Source: Microbacterium sp. (GTDB lineage: Bacteria > Actinomycetota > Actinomycetes > Actinomycetales > Microbacteriaceae). From it: 64,000 nt of DNA. The notes below the pieces were generated by a model that saw only the letters and a list, made by a program, of their open reading frames with translations, did not search any database and was not told where the DNA came from. Both the position numbers and the translations under genes were made by a program. The stretch spans positions 2,808 to 66,807 of the forward strand of contig NZ_JBQCIP010000061.1 of the NCBI RefSeq assembly GCF_051953575.1. Reading direction: 5' to 3'. Below, in pieces: positions 49,378 to 58,989 of this stretch; the stretch's first letter is position 1; the number at the start of each line of letters is the position of its first letter.

Positions 49378-49739
49378 TACCACCGTCCGTATCTTGGCGG
49401 CTCGGTGGACCGTCTGTCAAATTGATGACGACTGGAGATGAGTCCGCGACACTCGAATCAGAGGGAGTGGACCGAGCCGGATGGGCAGGTGGGGCGAGGC
49501 TGCCTTCTGCCTGAGATTCAGAAAGCTGACGCGCGGCGGCTGAGGTGAGGCTGGTTCTTGGCCGTGCGCCCCTCGCCACACCGGTCGACGTTCAGGTGCG
49601 TGCCCCTCTCGTGCGTTGCTCCGCGCCGACGCTCCGTTGGCGATCACTCGACGTCGCCGCCTCGGATCCTGCTCATGGGTGCGCGTGCTCACGCACCCGG
49701 TCAGCCGGCCTTCGGTCGGCCGACTGAGCCGGCATGACG

Positions 49740-49773
49740 AAGGGGACGTGCCGCCGAAGCGGGACGCCCCCTT
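49740..49773 (-). terminator. terminator hairpin downstream of the His-rich mini-gene
   Basis: On the minus strand, AAGGGGGCGTCCCGC-UUCG-GCGGCACGUCCCCUU pairs at 13 of 15 positions with a UUCG loop, 18 nt after the stop. A second imperfect hairpin lies at 49697-49732. Confidence 0.55.
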
Positions 49774-49790
49774 GCGCGGACGAGCGCCGG

Positions 49791-49946
49791 TCAGTGCTCG
49801 TCGTAGTGGTCGGCGTGGGCGGCGTGCTTGTGCCCGTCATGCACGTAGTCGAAGTGATCGCCGTGCTCGACGGCCTCGTGGCCGCAATCGGCGCCGTGCG
49901 CGTGCTCCGCCAGGCTGTGCTCGGCATGGGTGTCGGTGGTGGTCAT
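49791..49946 (-). CDS. 51-aa histidine-rich small protein (candidate metal-binding protein or metallochaperone)
   Basis: MTTTDTHAEHSLAEHAHGADCGHEAVEHGDHFDYVHDGHKHAAHADHYDEH has 14 His, 1 Cys and 13 Asp+Glu in 51 residues. GGAAGGAACAGACAGC precedes the ATG. Confidence 0.65.
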   Translation of the reverse strand: MTTTDTHAEHSLAEHAHGADCGHEAVEHGDHFDYVHDGHKHAAHADHYDEH

Positions 49947-49971
49947 GCTGTCTGTTCCTTCCGTGATGAAT

Positions 49972-49992
49972 CCGCAGCCGCGTCGGCTGCGG
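49972..49992 (-). terminator. hairpin between the XRE-cupin regulator gene and the His-rich gene
   Basis: ccgcagccg-cgt-cggctgcgg, a perfect 9-bp stem. Confidence 0.45.
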
Positions 49993-50055
49993 CGGGCTCT
50001 AGGACGTGCGCGACGGCGTCGGCGATGACGTGCGACACGTGCACGCCGAAGCGGC

Positions 50056-50631
50056 TCAGAAGGTGCTGCTCTGCCCGTCCATCGACAGCTGCGGGATCGT
50101 CGTGCACACGAAGACCGTCGCCTGAGGTGTGATCGCCTCGAACAGATGCGGCGCATCCGCCGGGAAGCGCAGAAAGTCTCCCGCCTGCGCCATCACCGGG
50201 GCCGAGGCCGGGCCGATGCGCACCCGGCCCTCGAGCACGAGGCAGTGTCGCAGGGCTCCCCGGCCCTGCGGCTTGCGCGTCGATGGGCCGCGGTTGGCCT
50301 CGAGGCGCAGCACGCTGTTCGTGACGTATCCCGAGCCGAACGCGTGGTCGAGCTGACGCACCTGCAGCGTGCCGTCATCCCGCCACGGGACGGCGTCGCG
50401 CCATTGGACGAGCACCTCGTTGCCCAACTCGCTCACGAGCGCGCGGATGCTGACGCCGAGCGCAGAGGCGAGCCGCTCGATCGTGTCGACGGTGGGGTTC
50501 CCTTCGCCGGACTCGATGCTCGCGACGGTCTGCTTCGACAGTCCCGCCCGCCGTCCAATCTCGGCGAGCGACAGGCGGCGGTCCTCGCGGAAGCGGCGGA
50601 GGTTCCGCGCGACCATGTCGTTCGCATCCAT
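50056..50631 (-). CDS. XRE-family HTH + cupin-domain transcriptional regulator
   Basis: ORF trimmed to MDANDMVARNLRRFREDRRLSLAEIGRRAGLSKQTVASIESGEGNPTVDTIERLASAL, with a C-terminal cupin segment (GDFLRFPADAPHLFEA). Confidence 0.88.
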   Translation of the reverse strand: MDANDMVARNLRRFREDRRLSLAEIGRRAGLSKQTVASIESGEGNPTVDTIERLASALGVSIRALVSELGNEVLVQWRDAVPWRDDGTLQVRQLDHAFGSGYVTNSVLRLEANRGPSTRKPQGRGALRHCLVLEGRVRIGPASAPVMAQAGDFLRFPADAPHLFEAITPQATVFVCTTIPQLSMDGQSSTF

Positions 50632-50701
50632 GGCTCCGGCTCCTTCGCGTGGCGGCATGCTCCCCCCATCATCGCCGATGCGGCTCGCCCGGCCGATCGT
50701 C

Positions 50702-51697
50702 TCAGAGGACGGCGGAGGGCGTCGTCCCGAGGCTGCGCGCGTCGCCGCCGAACACGAAGGGGTCGCCGTACCACGTGAGTCCATCGGGGAAGGCCTCACG
50801 CTCCCACTTGATCGGCTCCCAGTCCGGCTCGAAGATCAGATACCCGCCCGCGTAGATCTCCACCCGATGGCCCGAGCCCGGGTCGAGCACGTAGAGGTAC
50901 ATCGCCTGCCCGATCCCGTGCTTGCCGGGGCCGAGGTCGAAGGTGACGTCGTAGTCGCGGAGCACGTCGGCCGCCGTCAGCACGTCCGAGAGATTCTCGA
51001 GGTTGAAGGCGACGTGGTGCAGCTGGGCGGTCTTGCCGAACGAGTTCGCGACCATCGCCAGGTCGTGCACCTGGGGCGTCACCGACATCCACGAGGCCAG
51101 CACCGTCGTGTCATCCCGGTGCAGCGCGTACTCGCGGCGGCGGAAACCTAGGTTCTCACGCACCCAGCCCTCGGCCTGGTTGATCGTCTCCCTCGAGGTC
51201 TGCACGTTGAAGTGGTCGATCCGTCGGACACCGAGACCCCGGCGGCGGGAGCTGTTGCTCGGCAGCTTCGACGAGATCTCCTCCGGCGCGCCGGGCTTGT
51301 CGATGTCGTAGTAGAGCTCGAACGGATGCCCGCTTCCGGGAACCAGGAACCGCACCGCCGTGCCGCGGCCCACCTCCGCGCCTGCGGGCACCTCGACGGT
51401 CTCGATCTCCTGGCGCTCGAACTCGGCCGCGAACAGCTCGACATCCTGCGGACGCCGGACGCGGAAGCTGTAGGAGTTCACCACGCTCTCGGGCTGCTCC
51501 GTGAGCACGAGCGAGTGGTGCGCGAGTTCCTGGTACCCCCGCAGGTAGGCGGTGCTCCCCTCGCGGTGCACGATCTCCATTCCGAGGAGGTCCCCGAAGA
51601 AGTGCAGCGAGGTCGCGAGGTCCTTCGTGCCCAGGTTGATCGCCCCGCAGTGAGCGATCTGCGGACCGGGGTCGTACCCGTCGGCGAATGCGGTCAT
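50702..51697 (-). CDS. extradiol ring-cleavage dioxygenase (catechol 2,3-dioxygenase / BphC-type, two-domain VOC)
   Basis: 331 aa. Starts MTAFADGYDPGPQIAHCGAINLGTKDLATSLHFF.... Contains RIDHFNV, LHHVAFN and the GHRVEIY vicinal-oxygen-chelate metal ligand contexts. ATGA overlap with the ligase gene. Confidence 0.9.
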   Translation of the reverse strand: MTAFADGYDPGPQIAHCGAINLGTKDLATSLHFFGDLLGMEIVHREGSTAYLRGYQELAHHSLVLTEQPESVVNSYSFRVRRPQDVELFAAEFERQEIETVEVPAGAEVGRGTAVRFLVPGSGHPFELYYDIDKPGAPEEISSKLPSNSSRRRGLGVRRIDHFNVQTSRETINQAEGWVRENLGFRRREYALHRDDTTVLASWMSVTPQVHDLAMVANSFGKTAQLHHVAFNLENLSDVLTAADVLRDYDVTFDLGPGKHGIGQAMYLYVLDPGSGHRVEIYAGGYLIFEPDWEPIKWEREAFPDGLTWYGDPFVFGGDARSLGTTPSAVL

Positions 51698-53343
51698 GAG
51701 GCTCGTTCCTTTCGGTCCCGCCGAGACGGGACGTGCACGTTCTCGGTGAAGGGCGCGCCGTCGGCGACGGCGATGCCTGCGGCATCCGTCTCCTTCACCC
51801 GCGCACGGATGGTGGACTTGTCGAGCTTGCCGGCGCCGTTGCGGGGGATGGCGGGCCACACGACCAGCCGGCTCGGGAGCTTGTAGCGGGCGAGCTCGCC
51901 GGTCAGGTGCTCGCGGATGTCGTCGATGCTCAGCTCGGCACCGGCGAAGGCCACCACGGCGCACACCGCCTCGCCCCACTTCTCGTCGGGCACGCCGACC
52001 ACGGCGACGTCGGCGATGGCGGGATGCCCGCTCAGCGCGTTCTCGATCTCGGCGGGATAGATGTTCTCGCCGCCCGAGATGATCATGTCCTTGAGCCGGT
52101 CGACGATGAACAGGTAGCCGTCCTCGTCGGCGTAGCCGAGGTCTCCGGTACGGAACCAGCCGTCGTCGGTGAATGCCGCCCGGGTCGCCTCGGGATTGTT
52201 CCAGTACCCCCTCGACACGTTCGGGCCGCGCACCCAGAGCTCGCCGCGGACGCCGGGCCGGTCGATCGGCTCGAGGGTCGCCGGATCGACGACCTTCACC
52301 TGCGTGTACGGCATCCCGATCCCGCACGAGCCGAGCTTGGCGTCCGTCATGGATGCCTCGAGGTAGGTCGAGAACGGGGCCGTCTCGGTGAGCCCCCAGG
52401 CCTGCTGCAGCAGCACGCCCTTCTTCGCGTAGAGCGAGATGAGCGCGGGCGGCACCGGAGCCCCGGCGGCGATCGCCGATCGCAGCGAGCTGAGATCTGC
52501 GCTCTCGAAGCCGTCCTGGCGTGCGATCGCTGCGAGCATCGCGGGCACGAGGAACATCGTGTTCACCCCGAAGGCCTGGATGTCCTCCAGCGCCCGCGCC
52601 GGGTCGAACGACCGCCGCAGCAGCACCGTGCCACCGCGGACGAGGGTTCGCAGCGTCAGCGCGTTGAACCCGCCGATGTGGAACAGCGGCGCCACGGCGA
52701 GGCACACGTCGCCCATGCGCGTGTCGACCACCGAGTCGACATTGACCCAGTTCCACCACAGGTTGCCGTGCGTGAGCATGACACCCTTTGGCGTGCCGGT
52801 CGTGCCGGAGGTGTAGAGCAGCGCGGCCAGATCGTCGTCGACGAGCGCCACGTGGGGAGAGACCTCCTGGTCGGACGAGCAGAAGGCTGCGAAGGACTGC
52901 CAGTGCCCGGTGAGCGGTCCCGGCGGCTCGAGGGCGGGGTCGTCGTCGACCAGGAGCGCACAGCGGATGCCGAGATCCTCGAGGTGGCCGTCGATCGAGG
53001 CCGCCTGCGCGGGTTCGGCGACCAGCACGTCGGGACGGGCGTCCCGCAGCACCGCGTGAACCTCGGGAGCGGCCAGCCGGAAGTTCAGAGGCAGGAAGGC
53101 CGCCCCTACCCAGATCGACGCGAAGTAGGTCGTCAGGAAGGTCAGGCTGTTGAGGCCGGCGTAGGCGACGCGGTCGCCCGGCCCCACGCCGTCGGCCTTG
53201 AGTGCCGCCGCGTACCGGCCGACGATGTCGGCGAACTCGGCATAGGTGACGGGGCGCTCCTCGTAGACGATTGCGACCCGCTCGCCGTGCCACGCGGCGT
53301 GACGGGCGATCTGGGCGACGGCGTTGATGTCGACGTGACTCAC
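51694..53343 (-). CDS. AMP-dependent acyl-CoA synthetase/ligase
   Basis: 549 aa with the AMP-binding motif LLYTSGTTGTPKGV, plus TGDLGYADEDGYLFIVDRLKD and GKLDK. Confidence 0.9.
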   Translation of the reverse strand: MSHVDINAVAQIARHAAWHGERVAIVYEERPVTYAEFADIVGRYAAALKADGVGPGDRVAYAGLNSLTFLTTYFASIWVGAAFLPLNFRLAAPEVHAVLRDARPDVLVAEPAQAASIDGHLEDLGIRCALLVDDDPALEPPGPLTGHWQSFAAFCSSDQEVSPHVALVDDDLAALLYTSGTTGTPKGVMLTHGNLWWNWVNVDSVVDTRMGDVCLAVAPLFHIGGFNALTLRTLVRGGTVLLRRSFDPARALEDIQAFGVNTMFLVPAMLAAIARQDGFESADLSSLRSAIAAGAPVPPALISLYAKKGVLLQQAWGLTETAPFSTYLEASMTDAKLGSCGIGMPYTQVKVVDPATLEPIDRPGVRGELWVRGPNVSRGYWNNPEATRAAFTDDGWFRTGDLGYADEDGYLFIVDRLKDMIISGGENIYPAEIENALSGHPAIADVAVVGVPDEKWGEAVCAVVAFAGAELSIDDIREHLTGELARYKLPSRLVVWPAIPRNGAGKLDKSTIRARVKETDAAGIAVADGAPFTENVHVPSRRDRKERAS

Positions 53344-53505
53344 CGGTGTCCTCCTCGACGGATGCGGATGTCGGGATCAGCCTGCCGCGGACCCCTGGGC
53401 GACGGCACCCCTCGTTCCGCCCCCCGGCACATCGGTGCGACGGCCGCCGACGCGGCGTGCCGGGGGCGGCACGCGGACGCGGGCGCCGAGGTGACTAGGC
53501 TCGCG

Positions 53506-54105
53506 ATGAATCGATGGAGAGGAACCGGGATGGGCCGAAGGAGCCTCGCAGACGAGCGTCGACCGCAGATCATCGCCGCCGCGAAACGGGCCATCGCCCT
53601 GCACGGCCTCGCCGGCGCGACCCAGGAGCTGATCTCCGCCGAGGCGGGGCTGAGCCGTCCGCACATCCGTCATTACGTGGGCAACCGCGACGAGCTGATC
53701 GACCAGGTGTGGTCGGCGACGATCGACCCCTACGTGGCCGGCATCCGCGCTGCGGTCGCCGCGCTCGACACGCGCGGGATCGGCGTGGTCCTCGACTACC
53801 TGTTCGGTCCCGACCTCGATCGCGACGAGGACAGCGCGGTCATCGAGGCGTTCTTCACCGAGGCGCAGCATGATCCCCGGGTGCGCGCGATGGCGTATCG
53901 CAGCTATCGCGAGCTGGAGGATGCGCTGTCGCAGTGTGTGCGGACGGCTCTCGCCGAGCCGGATCCCGCGAAGACCGACGGCATCGCGTACGCCCTGCTC
54001 TGCCTGACGATCGGCGCCTCGGCCGTGTCTGGCTTTCCCTTTCCACCGTCGCATCGCGACGGCGCCCGGGCCGCCGCCGAGCTGCTCCTGTCGCCGCCGA
54101 GCTGA
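53506..54105 (+). CDS. TetR-family transcriptional regulator
   Basis: My trim of ORF 51733..54105 to MNRWRGTGMGRRSLADERRPQIIAAAKRAIALHGLAGATQELISAEAGLSRPHIRHYVGNR (TetR_N HTH). The start could instead be at 53530. Confidence 0.8.
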   Translation: MNRWRGTGMGRRSLADERRPQIIAAAKRAIALHGLAGATQELISAEAGLSRPHIRHYVGNRDELIDQVWSATIDPYVAGIRAAVAALDTRGIGVVLDYLFGPDLDRDEDSAVIEAFFTEAQHDPRVRAMAYRSYRELEDALSQCVRTALAEPDPAKTDGIAYALLCLTIGASAVSGFPFPPSHRDGARAAAELLLSPPS

Positions 54106-54171
54106 CCGGGGCGACGACCGGCGCGGGGTGGTCGACCGGCGCGGGTGCGACGATCGACCACCGGTCGCGCG

Positions 54172-55863
54172 TCAGAGCGCGGTGCCGTCGAGTGCGTGCG
54201 CCGCACCGACGCTGTCGAGCTCGTGCACGATCAGCGCTGCGCCCGTTCGTCCCCCCAGCGCCACGCGCTGCTGCGCGGGACGGGTGTCGACCGCCTCCCA
54301 GGCGGTCTCGGGCGTCCCCGTCGAGTAGAGGAACTCCGGATAGTCGCTGGACTGCAGGTGCAGCTGCAGGGCGTGCCCCTCGGCGAGGAGGTAGCCGATG
54401 CTGCCGAGATCGACCGTGACCGTCGGGGCGGAACGCGCGTCGAGCACGTGCACCTGGCCGAGAGCGATACGGGTCAAGCGGCCGTTCGGGGCACGGTCGT
54501 AGAGGCGCGCGAACAGGTGGGCGTCATCGAACTCGGACGAGAACACGGCCTCGACGCTCACCGGCCCCGCGAGCGTCGACGCCCGCTCGGCGGGCGCGCC
54601 AACGAACACGGCGACGTCGTCGCGCTCGGCGAGCGCGCGATCGTCGGGCGAGTACTGGAGATACGCGAACGCGTTGGGGGTGCTCGTGGGGATCAGATCG
54701 GCGGGATCGTGCCGCCACTCCCGCACGCTCTCCTCCTCGACCGCGGCATCCGCCTCGGCGAGCGTGCCGGTGGCGGTGAGCGCGAGGCGCCGCGCGGCCG
54801 CGCCGCGCGGTGGCCACGCCTCGTCATGCCGGTACCCTGCCGTTCCCGCCAGGTTCCATCTCACACGCGGGACGGCGGCCAACGCGGACGGCCCCGCGAG
54901 GACAGCGTCGAAGAAGTCGAGGGCCGGGTCGACGTACTCGGGCAGATCCTCGCGGAACTCCTCGACGGTGCGCTCCCGACCGGCGAGCGAGTTGCCGAAA
55001 CGGAGGCTCTCGTGGTCGATGGAATCGATCAGCAGATACTCGTGCGCCGACCACTCGGGATCCTCGGAGATCCACCGCCGATCCGCCCAGGACCAGTGCG
55101 CGCAGTTGTCCCACCAGCCGATCGTGTGCAGCACCGGGATGGCGGGTCCGCGGAAGACGCGTTCGCCGCGGAAGCGCGCGTCGCCGCCGTAGACCGGGTA
55201 GGCGAGGTCGAACGTGGGGGACGTCAGGCCGACCTGCTCCTGGAACCGGCGCAGTTCGCCGATGAGCGGGCGCGCCTGCCAGTCCGGCTCCCAGTCGTAG
55301 GCCTCGGCGGCGAGGAACCACGCCGTCAGGTAGAGCATCGTGTGCACGTACTCGACCTCGCGGTGGGTCTGTCCCGGCTCGACGAGCGGCCGGTCGCCGA
55401 GACGGGTGCCGGTCACGCGGGGGGCGATGGCCTTGAGCGCGGGATGTCCCGACGCCGCGGCCGCCCACTGCGTGAAGCCGTAGTACGAGTCCCCCCACAT
55501 CACGACGGAGCCGTTCGACCACGGCTGGCGTGTGATCCAGTCGATCGCGTCGTAGCCGTCGTCGACCTCGTTCATGAATGCGACGGGCACGCCCTCCGAG
55601 CGGAACTTCCCGCGCACGTCCTGCGCCACCACGTGGTAGCCGCGGGCGACCATGTGCCGGGCGACCCAGGGGATGCCGGTGTACACGCCGTCCTTGTCGT
55701 ACGGCAGGCGGATCAGGATGGCGGGCCCGCGCGCACCGTCACCCGAAAGGTAGACATCCGAGGCCAGCCGCATACCGTCACGCATCGGCACCATGTGCTC
55801 GGTGGCGTCGTCGGGGAGGGGACCGGGCGCGATGATCTCGTACTCGATCGGCGAGGTGGTCAT
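54172..55863 (-). CDS. CocE/NonD-family (S15, X-Pro dipeptidyl-peptidase-like) hydrolase, copy 1
   Basis: 563 aa with RLPYDK, AQDVRGKFRSEG and nucleophile MWGDSYYG. Confidence 0.88.
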   Translation of the reverse strand: MTTSPIEYEIIAPGPLPDDATEHMVPMRDGMRLASDVYLSGDGARGPAILIRLPYDKDGVYTGIPWVARHMVARGYHVVAQDVRGKFRSEGVPVAFMNEVDDGYDAIDWITRQPWSNGSVVMWGDSYYGFTQWAAAASGHPALKAIAPRVTGTRLGDRPLVEPGQTHREVEYVHTMLYLTAWFLAAEAYDWEPDWQARPLIGELRRFQEQVGLTSPTFDLAYPVYGGDARFRGERVFRGPAIPVLHTIGWWDNCAHWSWADRRWISEDPEWSAHEYLLIDSIDHESLRFGNSLAGRERTVEEFREDLPEYVDPALDFFDAVLAGPSALAAVPRVRWNLAGTAGYRHDEAWPPRGAAARRLALTATGTLAEADAAVEEESVREWRHDPADLIPTSTPNAFAYLQYSPDDRALAERDDVAVFVGAPAERASTLAGPVSVEAVFSSEFDDAHLFARLYDRAPNGRLTRIALGQVHVLDARSAPTVTVDLGSIGYLLAEGHALQLHLQSSDYPEFLYSTGTPETAWEAVDTRPAQQRVALGGRTGAALIVHELDSVGAAHALDGTAL

Positions 55864-55881
55864 GTTTCTCCGTTCCTGCGG

Positions 55882-57279
55882 TCAGCGACCGGCAATGAGG
55901 TTCGCGACGCGGGCCGCGAAGGCGGTCTTCTCGCCCCCGCGCGCCTCCCGAAGGTCGGCGAAGCGGTAGGCGGCGTAGATCGCCTGCACGGCGGTCCAGC
56001 GCAGCGGCTCGATCTCCCACCGGCGGGCGGTGTGACCGACCCACGGCAATCTGACGATGTCGGTGTCCCGCTCGAGGATGAGATCGGCGAGGGTCCGCCC
56101 GGCGAGATTGGTCGCCGCGACGCCGGTGCCGACGTAGCCGCCTGCCCAACCGAGGCCGGTGCGCCGGTCGAGGCCGACCGTCGCGGCCCAGTCGCGCGGC
56201 ACTCCCAGCACCCCGGCCCACGCGTGGTCGATGGGAACGTCGGCCGCAGCCGGGAAGAACTCGCGCAGCAGGCGCGTCAAGCCTTCGATCGTGCGGGTCT
56301 GCGTACGTCCGTCGGTGTCGACGTGCGACCCGTAGCGATAGGGCACCCCGCGTCCTCCGAAGGCGATCCGTCCGTCCGCGGTGCGCTGGGCGTACATGTA
56401 GACGTGCGCGACGTCGCCGAGCGTCTCGTAGCCGTCCCAGCCGATCTGCTCCCAGACCGCTGGGGGCAGCGGCGCGGTCGCGATCATCGACGAGTTCATC
56501 GGCAGCCAGGTGCGATGCTCCGCTGCGAGGTTGGCCGTGAACCCCTCGGTGGCGCGGACGACGTGCGCTGCACGCACAGTCCCCTGTTCAGTTCGGGCAT
56601 GACCGGGTGTGATCTCGTGCACGGGGGTGTTCTCGTAGATCCGCACGCCGAGCGCCTCGACTGCGGCGGCGAGGCCGCGGGCGAGCTTCGCGGGGTGGAT
56701 TCTCGCGCAGTGCGGATCCCATACGGCCGCGAGTGCGCCCTCCACCTTGATGCGCCGGCTCGCCTCCGCGGGGTCCAACTCAACCAAGTCAGTCCCCGGC
56801 CAGCTGCGCTCGCGGTGGAAATCGGCTTCCAGGCGCGCGCGCTGGGCGGGTGTGCGGGCGACGCGGAACTCGCCACTCTTGACCGAGTCGGCGTCGATCC
56901 CCTCCGCAGCGATCACTGCGAGTACCTCGTCAACGGTGTCATTGAGGGCACGCTGATGGTCGATTGCGGCTTGGCGTCCGTGGCTCCTCTCGTAACGGTC
57001 CCGACCGCCGGTGACGGTGTTCGCGACCCAGCCACCGTTTCTCCCCGAGGCGCCGTACCCGGCGAAACGGGCCTCAAGAACCACCACCCTCAGGCTGGGG
57101 TCCAGCCGCTTGAGGTAGTACGCCGTCCACAGCCCGGTGTATCCGGCCCCGACGATGCAGACATCGGCTTCGGTGTCACCGGGCAGAGCCGTTCTCGGGG
57201 TCGGAAGGCCGATCTGGCTCCACCAGAAGGAGACGTCCCCGTTGCGGACCCCCACTGACTCCTCATGTACTCGATTCAT
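55882..57279 (-). CDS. FAD-dependent oxidoreductase (DAO family)
   Basis: 465 aa with the dinucleotide motif DVCIVGAGYTGLWTAYYL. Confidence 0.85.
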   Translation of the reverse strand: MNRVHEESVGVRNGDVSFWWSQIGLPTPRTALPGDTEADVCIVGAGYTGLWTAYYLKRLDPSLRVVVLEARFAGYGASGRNGGWVANTVTGGRDRYERSHGRQAAIDHQRALNDTVDEVLAVIAAEGIDADSVKSGEFRVARTPAQRARLEADFHRERSWPGTDLVELDPAEASRRIKVEGALAAVWDPHCARIHPAKLARGLAAAVEALGVRIYENTPVHEITPGHARTEQGTVRAAHVVRATEGFTANLAAEHRTWLPMNSSMIATAPLPPAVWEQIGWDGYETLGDVAHVYMYAQRTADGRIAFGGRGVPYRYGSHVDTDGRTQTRTIEGLTRLLREFFPAAADVPIDHAWAGVLGVPRDWAATVGLDRRTGLGWAGGYVGTGVAATNLAGRTLADLILERDTDIVRLPWVGHTARRWEIEPLRWTAVQAIYAAYRFADLREARGGEKTAFAARVANLIAGR

Positions 57280-58950
57280 TCGCCACTCCTTCCACTTGCC
57301 CCAGAGGGGTCGTCACGATCACAGAGAGCCCCGCGTCTCCGCCGAGCCACAGCGATTGGGTGTTGGCGGCGGTCTCGCCGGCGGCGAGCGGGTCCTCGCC
57401 AGTGCCGGGTTGCGGCACGTACTCGGGGAAGTCGCTGCTGGCCACTTCGACGACGAGGCGGTGGCCGGCACGCACTCGGTAGCCGGCGTGGTCCATGGCG
57501 ATCTCCACGTCGAGCGGTGCCGACGCGTCGATAATGTGCACGTTGCCGCGGGCGATGCGGGTCTGTGCTCCGCTCTCGTCCATGTCAATCAGTCGGACGA
57601 AGACGTCCATGCACGGCCCCGTCGACGCAAACCGTCCCCGCGCGCGGACTCTGCCGACGATCTCGACCGGGGCGACCAGCGGCTCGCCGCGGAACACGAC
57701 GACGCCGGGATGGGCGCTCACCCGGGCCGGGTCGCCCCCATCGAGGATGCACTTGAAGGGATCCGGGGCGGGCGAGGGGACGAGGTCGTCGGGATCGTGG
57801 GTCCACTCGAGGGTCGACTCCGCAATGGCGACCGCCGCGGGCGCGCCCGCCTGCAGTCCGCCGCCGGCCGTCGCCGCGAGCACGAGCTCCTGCCCCTCCG
57901 GCGGCCACGACGCCGCGGTGCGCACTCCGCCGCCGTGCGCGACGGTGTAGCGCACCCGCGGAATGGGGGCGGCATCCGGCACGCGCCGGACGTACACGTC
58001 GAAGAAGTCGGCCGTCGGGCCCGCGATCCGCGGGATCCTCGCTCGCCATTGCTCGTCCGTCATCAGGGCCAGCGAGTCGTCGGCGCCGAGCACGTAGGAG
58101 TAGTGGTCGATCGGTTCGATGAGGAGGTGCAGCGCGTCGCGCCACGCCGGGCGAGAGTTCATCTCCTCGACGTCGCGCCACGACCAGACGGCGCAGTTGT
58201 CCCACCAGCCGATCGTGAACAGCGTCGGGATCGCGCGCGCCTCGAAAGGATGCGGGAGATTTCGGAACGGGCGTAGGACGTGGCGGTGAGGGTACCACTG
58301 GTCGAACGAGCGAGAGCTGCCGTCCCCGTTCTCGGTCAGGAAGGCGCGGATCGAATCGAGGTATGGGCGGGTGGTCCAGTCGACATCCCAGAACAGGTTG
58401 TCGTTGTCGTGGAAGAAGTTCAGCGGGTAGGTGTACACGGCCGACCACTCGACGTCGCGGACGAGGTCGCCCGGCGCGGCGATCGACGGCTGGCCGAGAC
58501 CGGTGCCGGTCAGGCGCGGGGCGATCGCCTTGAGCGCGGGATGCTGGGCGGTCATCGCCGCGAGCTGGGTGAAGCCGTAGTAGGAGTTCCCCCACATCGC
58601 GACGTTGCCGTCGCACCATTGCTGGCGGGAGACCCAGTCGATCGTGTCGTAGCCGTCGTCGGCCTCGTTCGCGAAGATCTGCCTCTCGCCCTCGGAGCGG
58701 AATTTGCCCCGCACGTCCTGTGCGACCACGCGGTAGCCGCGGGACATGTAGTACTCGGCGAACAGGTCGATGGGCGTGAAGCGGCCGTTCTTGTCGTACG
58801 GCAGCCGAGTCAGCACGACGGGGCCGGGCGCGTCGTCGCCGTCGGGAAGGTAGACATCGGTGGCGAGGCGGACACCGTCGCGCATTCGCACCATGTGCTG
58901 CGTCGCCAGGGGGCTCATCGTGCCGGGGCCGACACGGTGCACGTCAATCA
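57263..58950 (-). CDS. CocE/NonD-family hydrolase, copy 2 (paralog of 54172..55863)
   Basis: ORF trimmed to MIDVHRVGPGTMS.... Contains RLPYDK, AQDVRGKFRSEG and MWGNSYYG. By eye, roughly 55-60% identical to copy 1 over the N-terminal 150 aa. Confidence 0.85.
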
Positions 58951-58989
58951 TTCCTGTCCTTGCTCTCGTCGTGGGGGCGGTGTCGGCGG

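Noticed and set aside
48999-49692. ORFs 48999..49304 (-), 49214..49579 (-), 49417..49692 (-) and 48705..49364 (+) in the gap upstream of the metal operon.
   Set aside because: They have Arg/Pro/Ser-rich composition, no SD and no motifs, and they overlap one another in different frames. The region is treated as non-coding leader or regulatory DNA.
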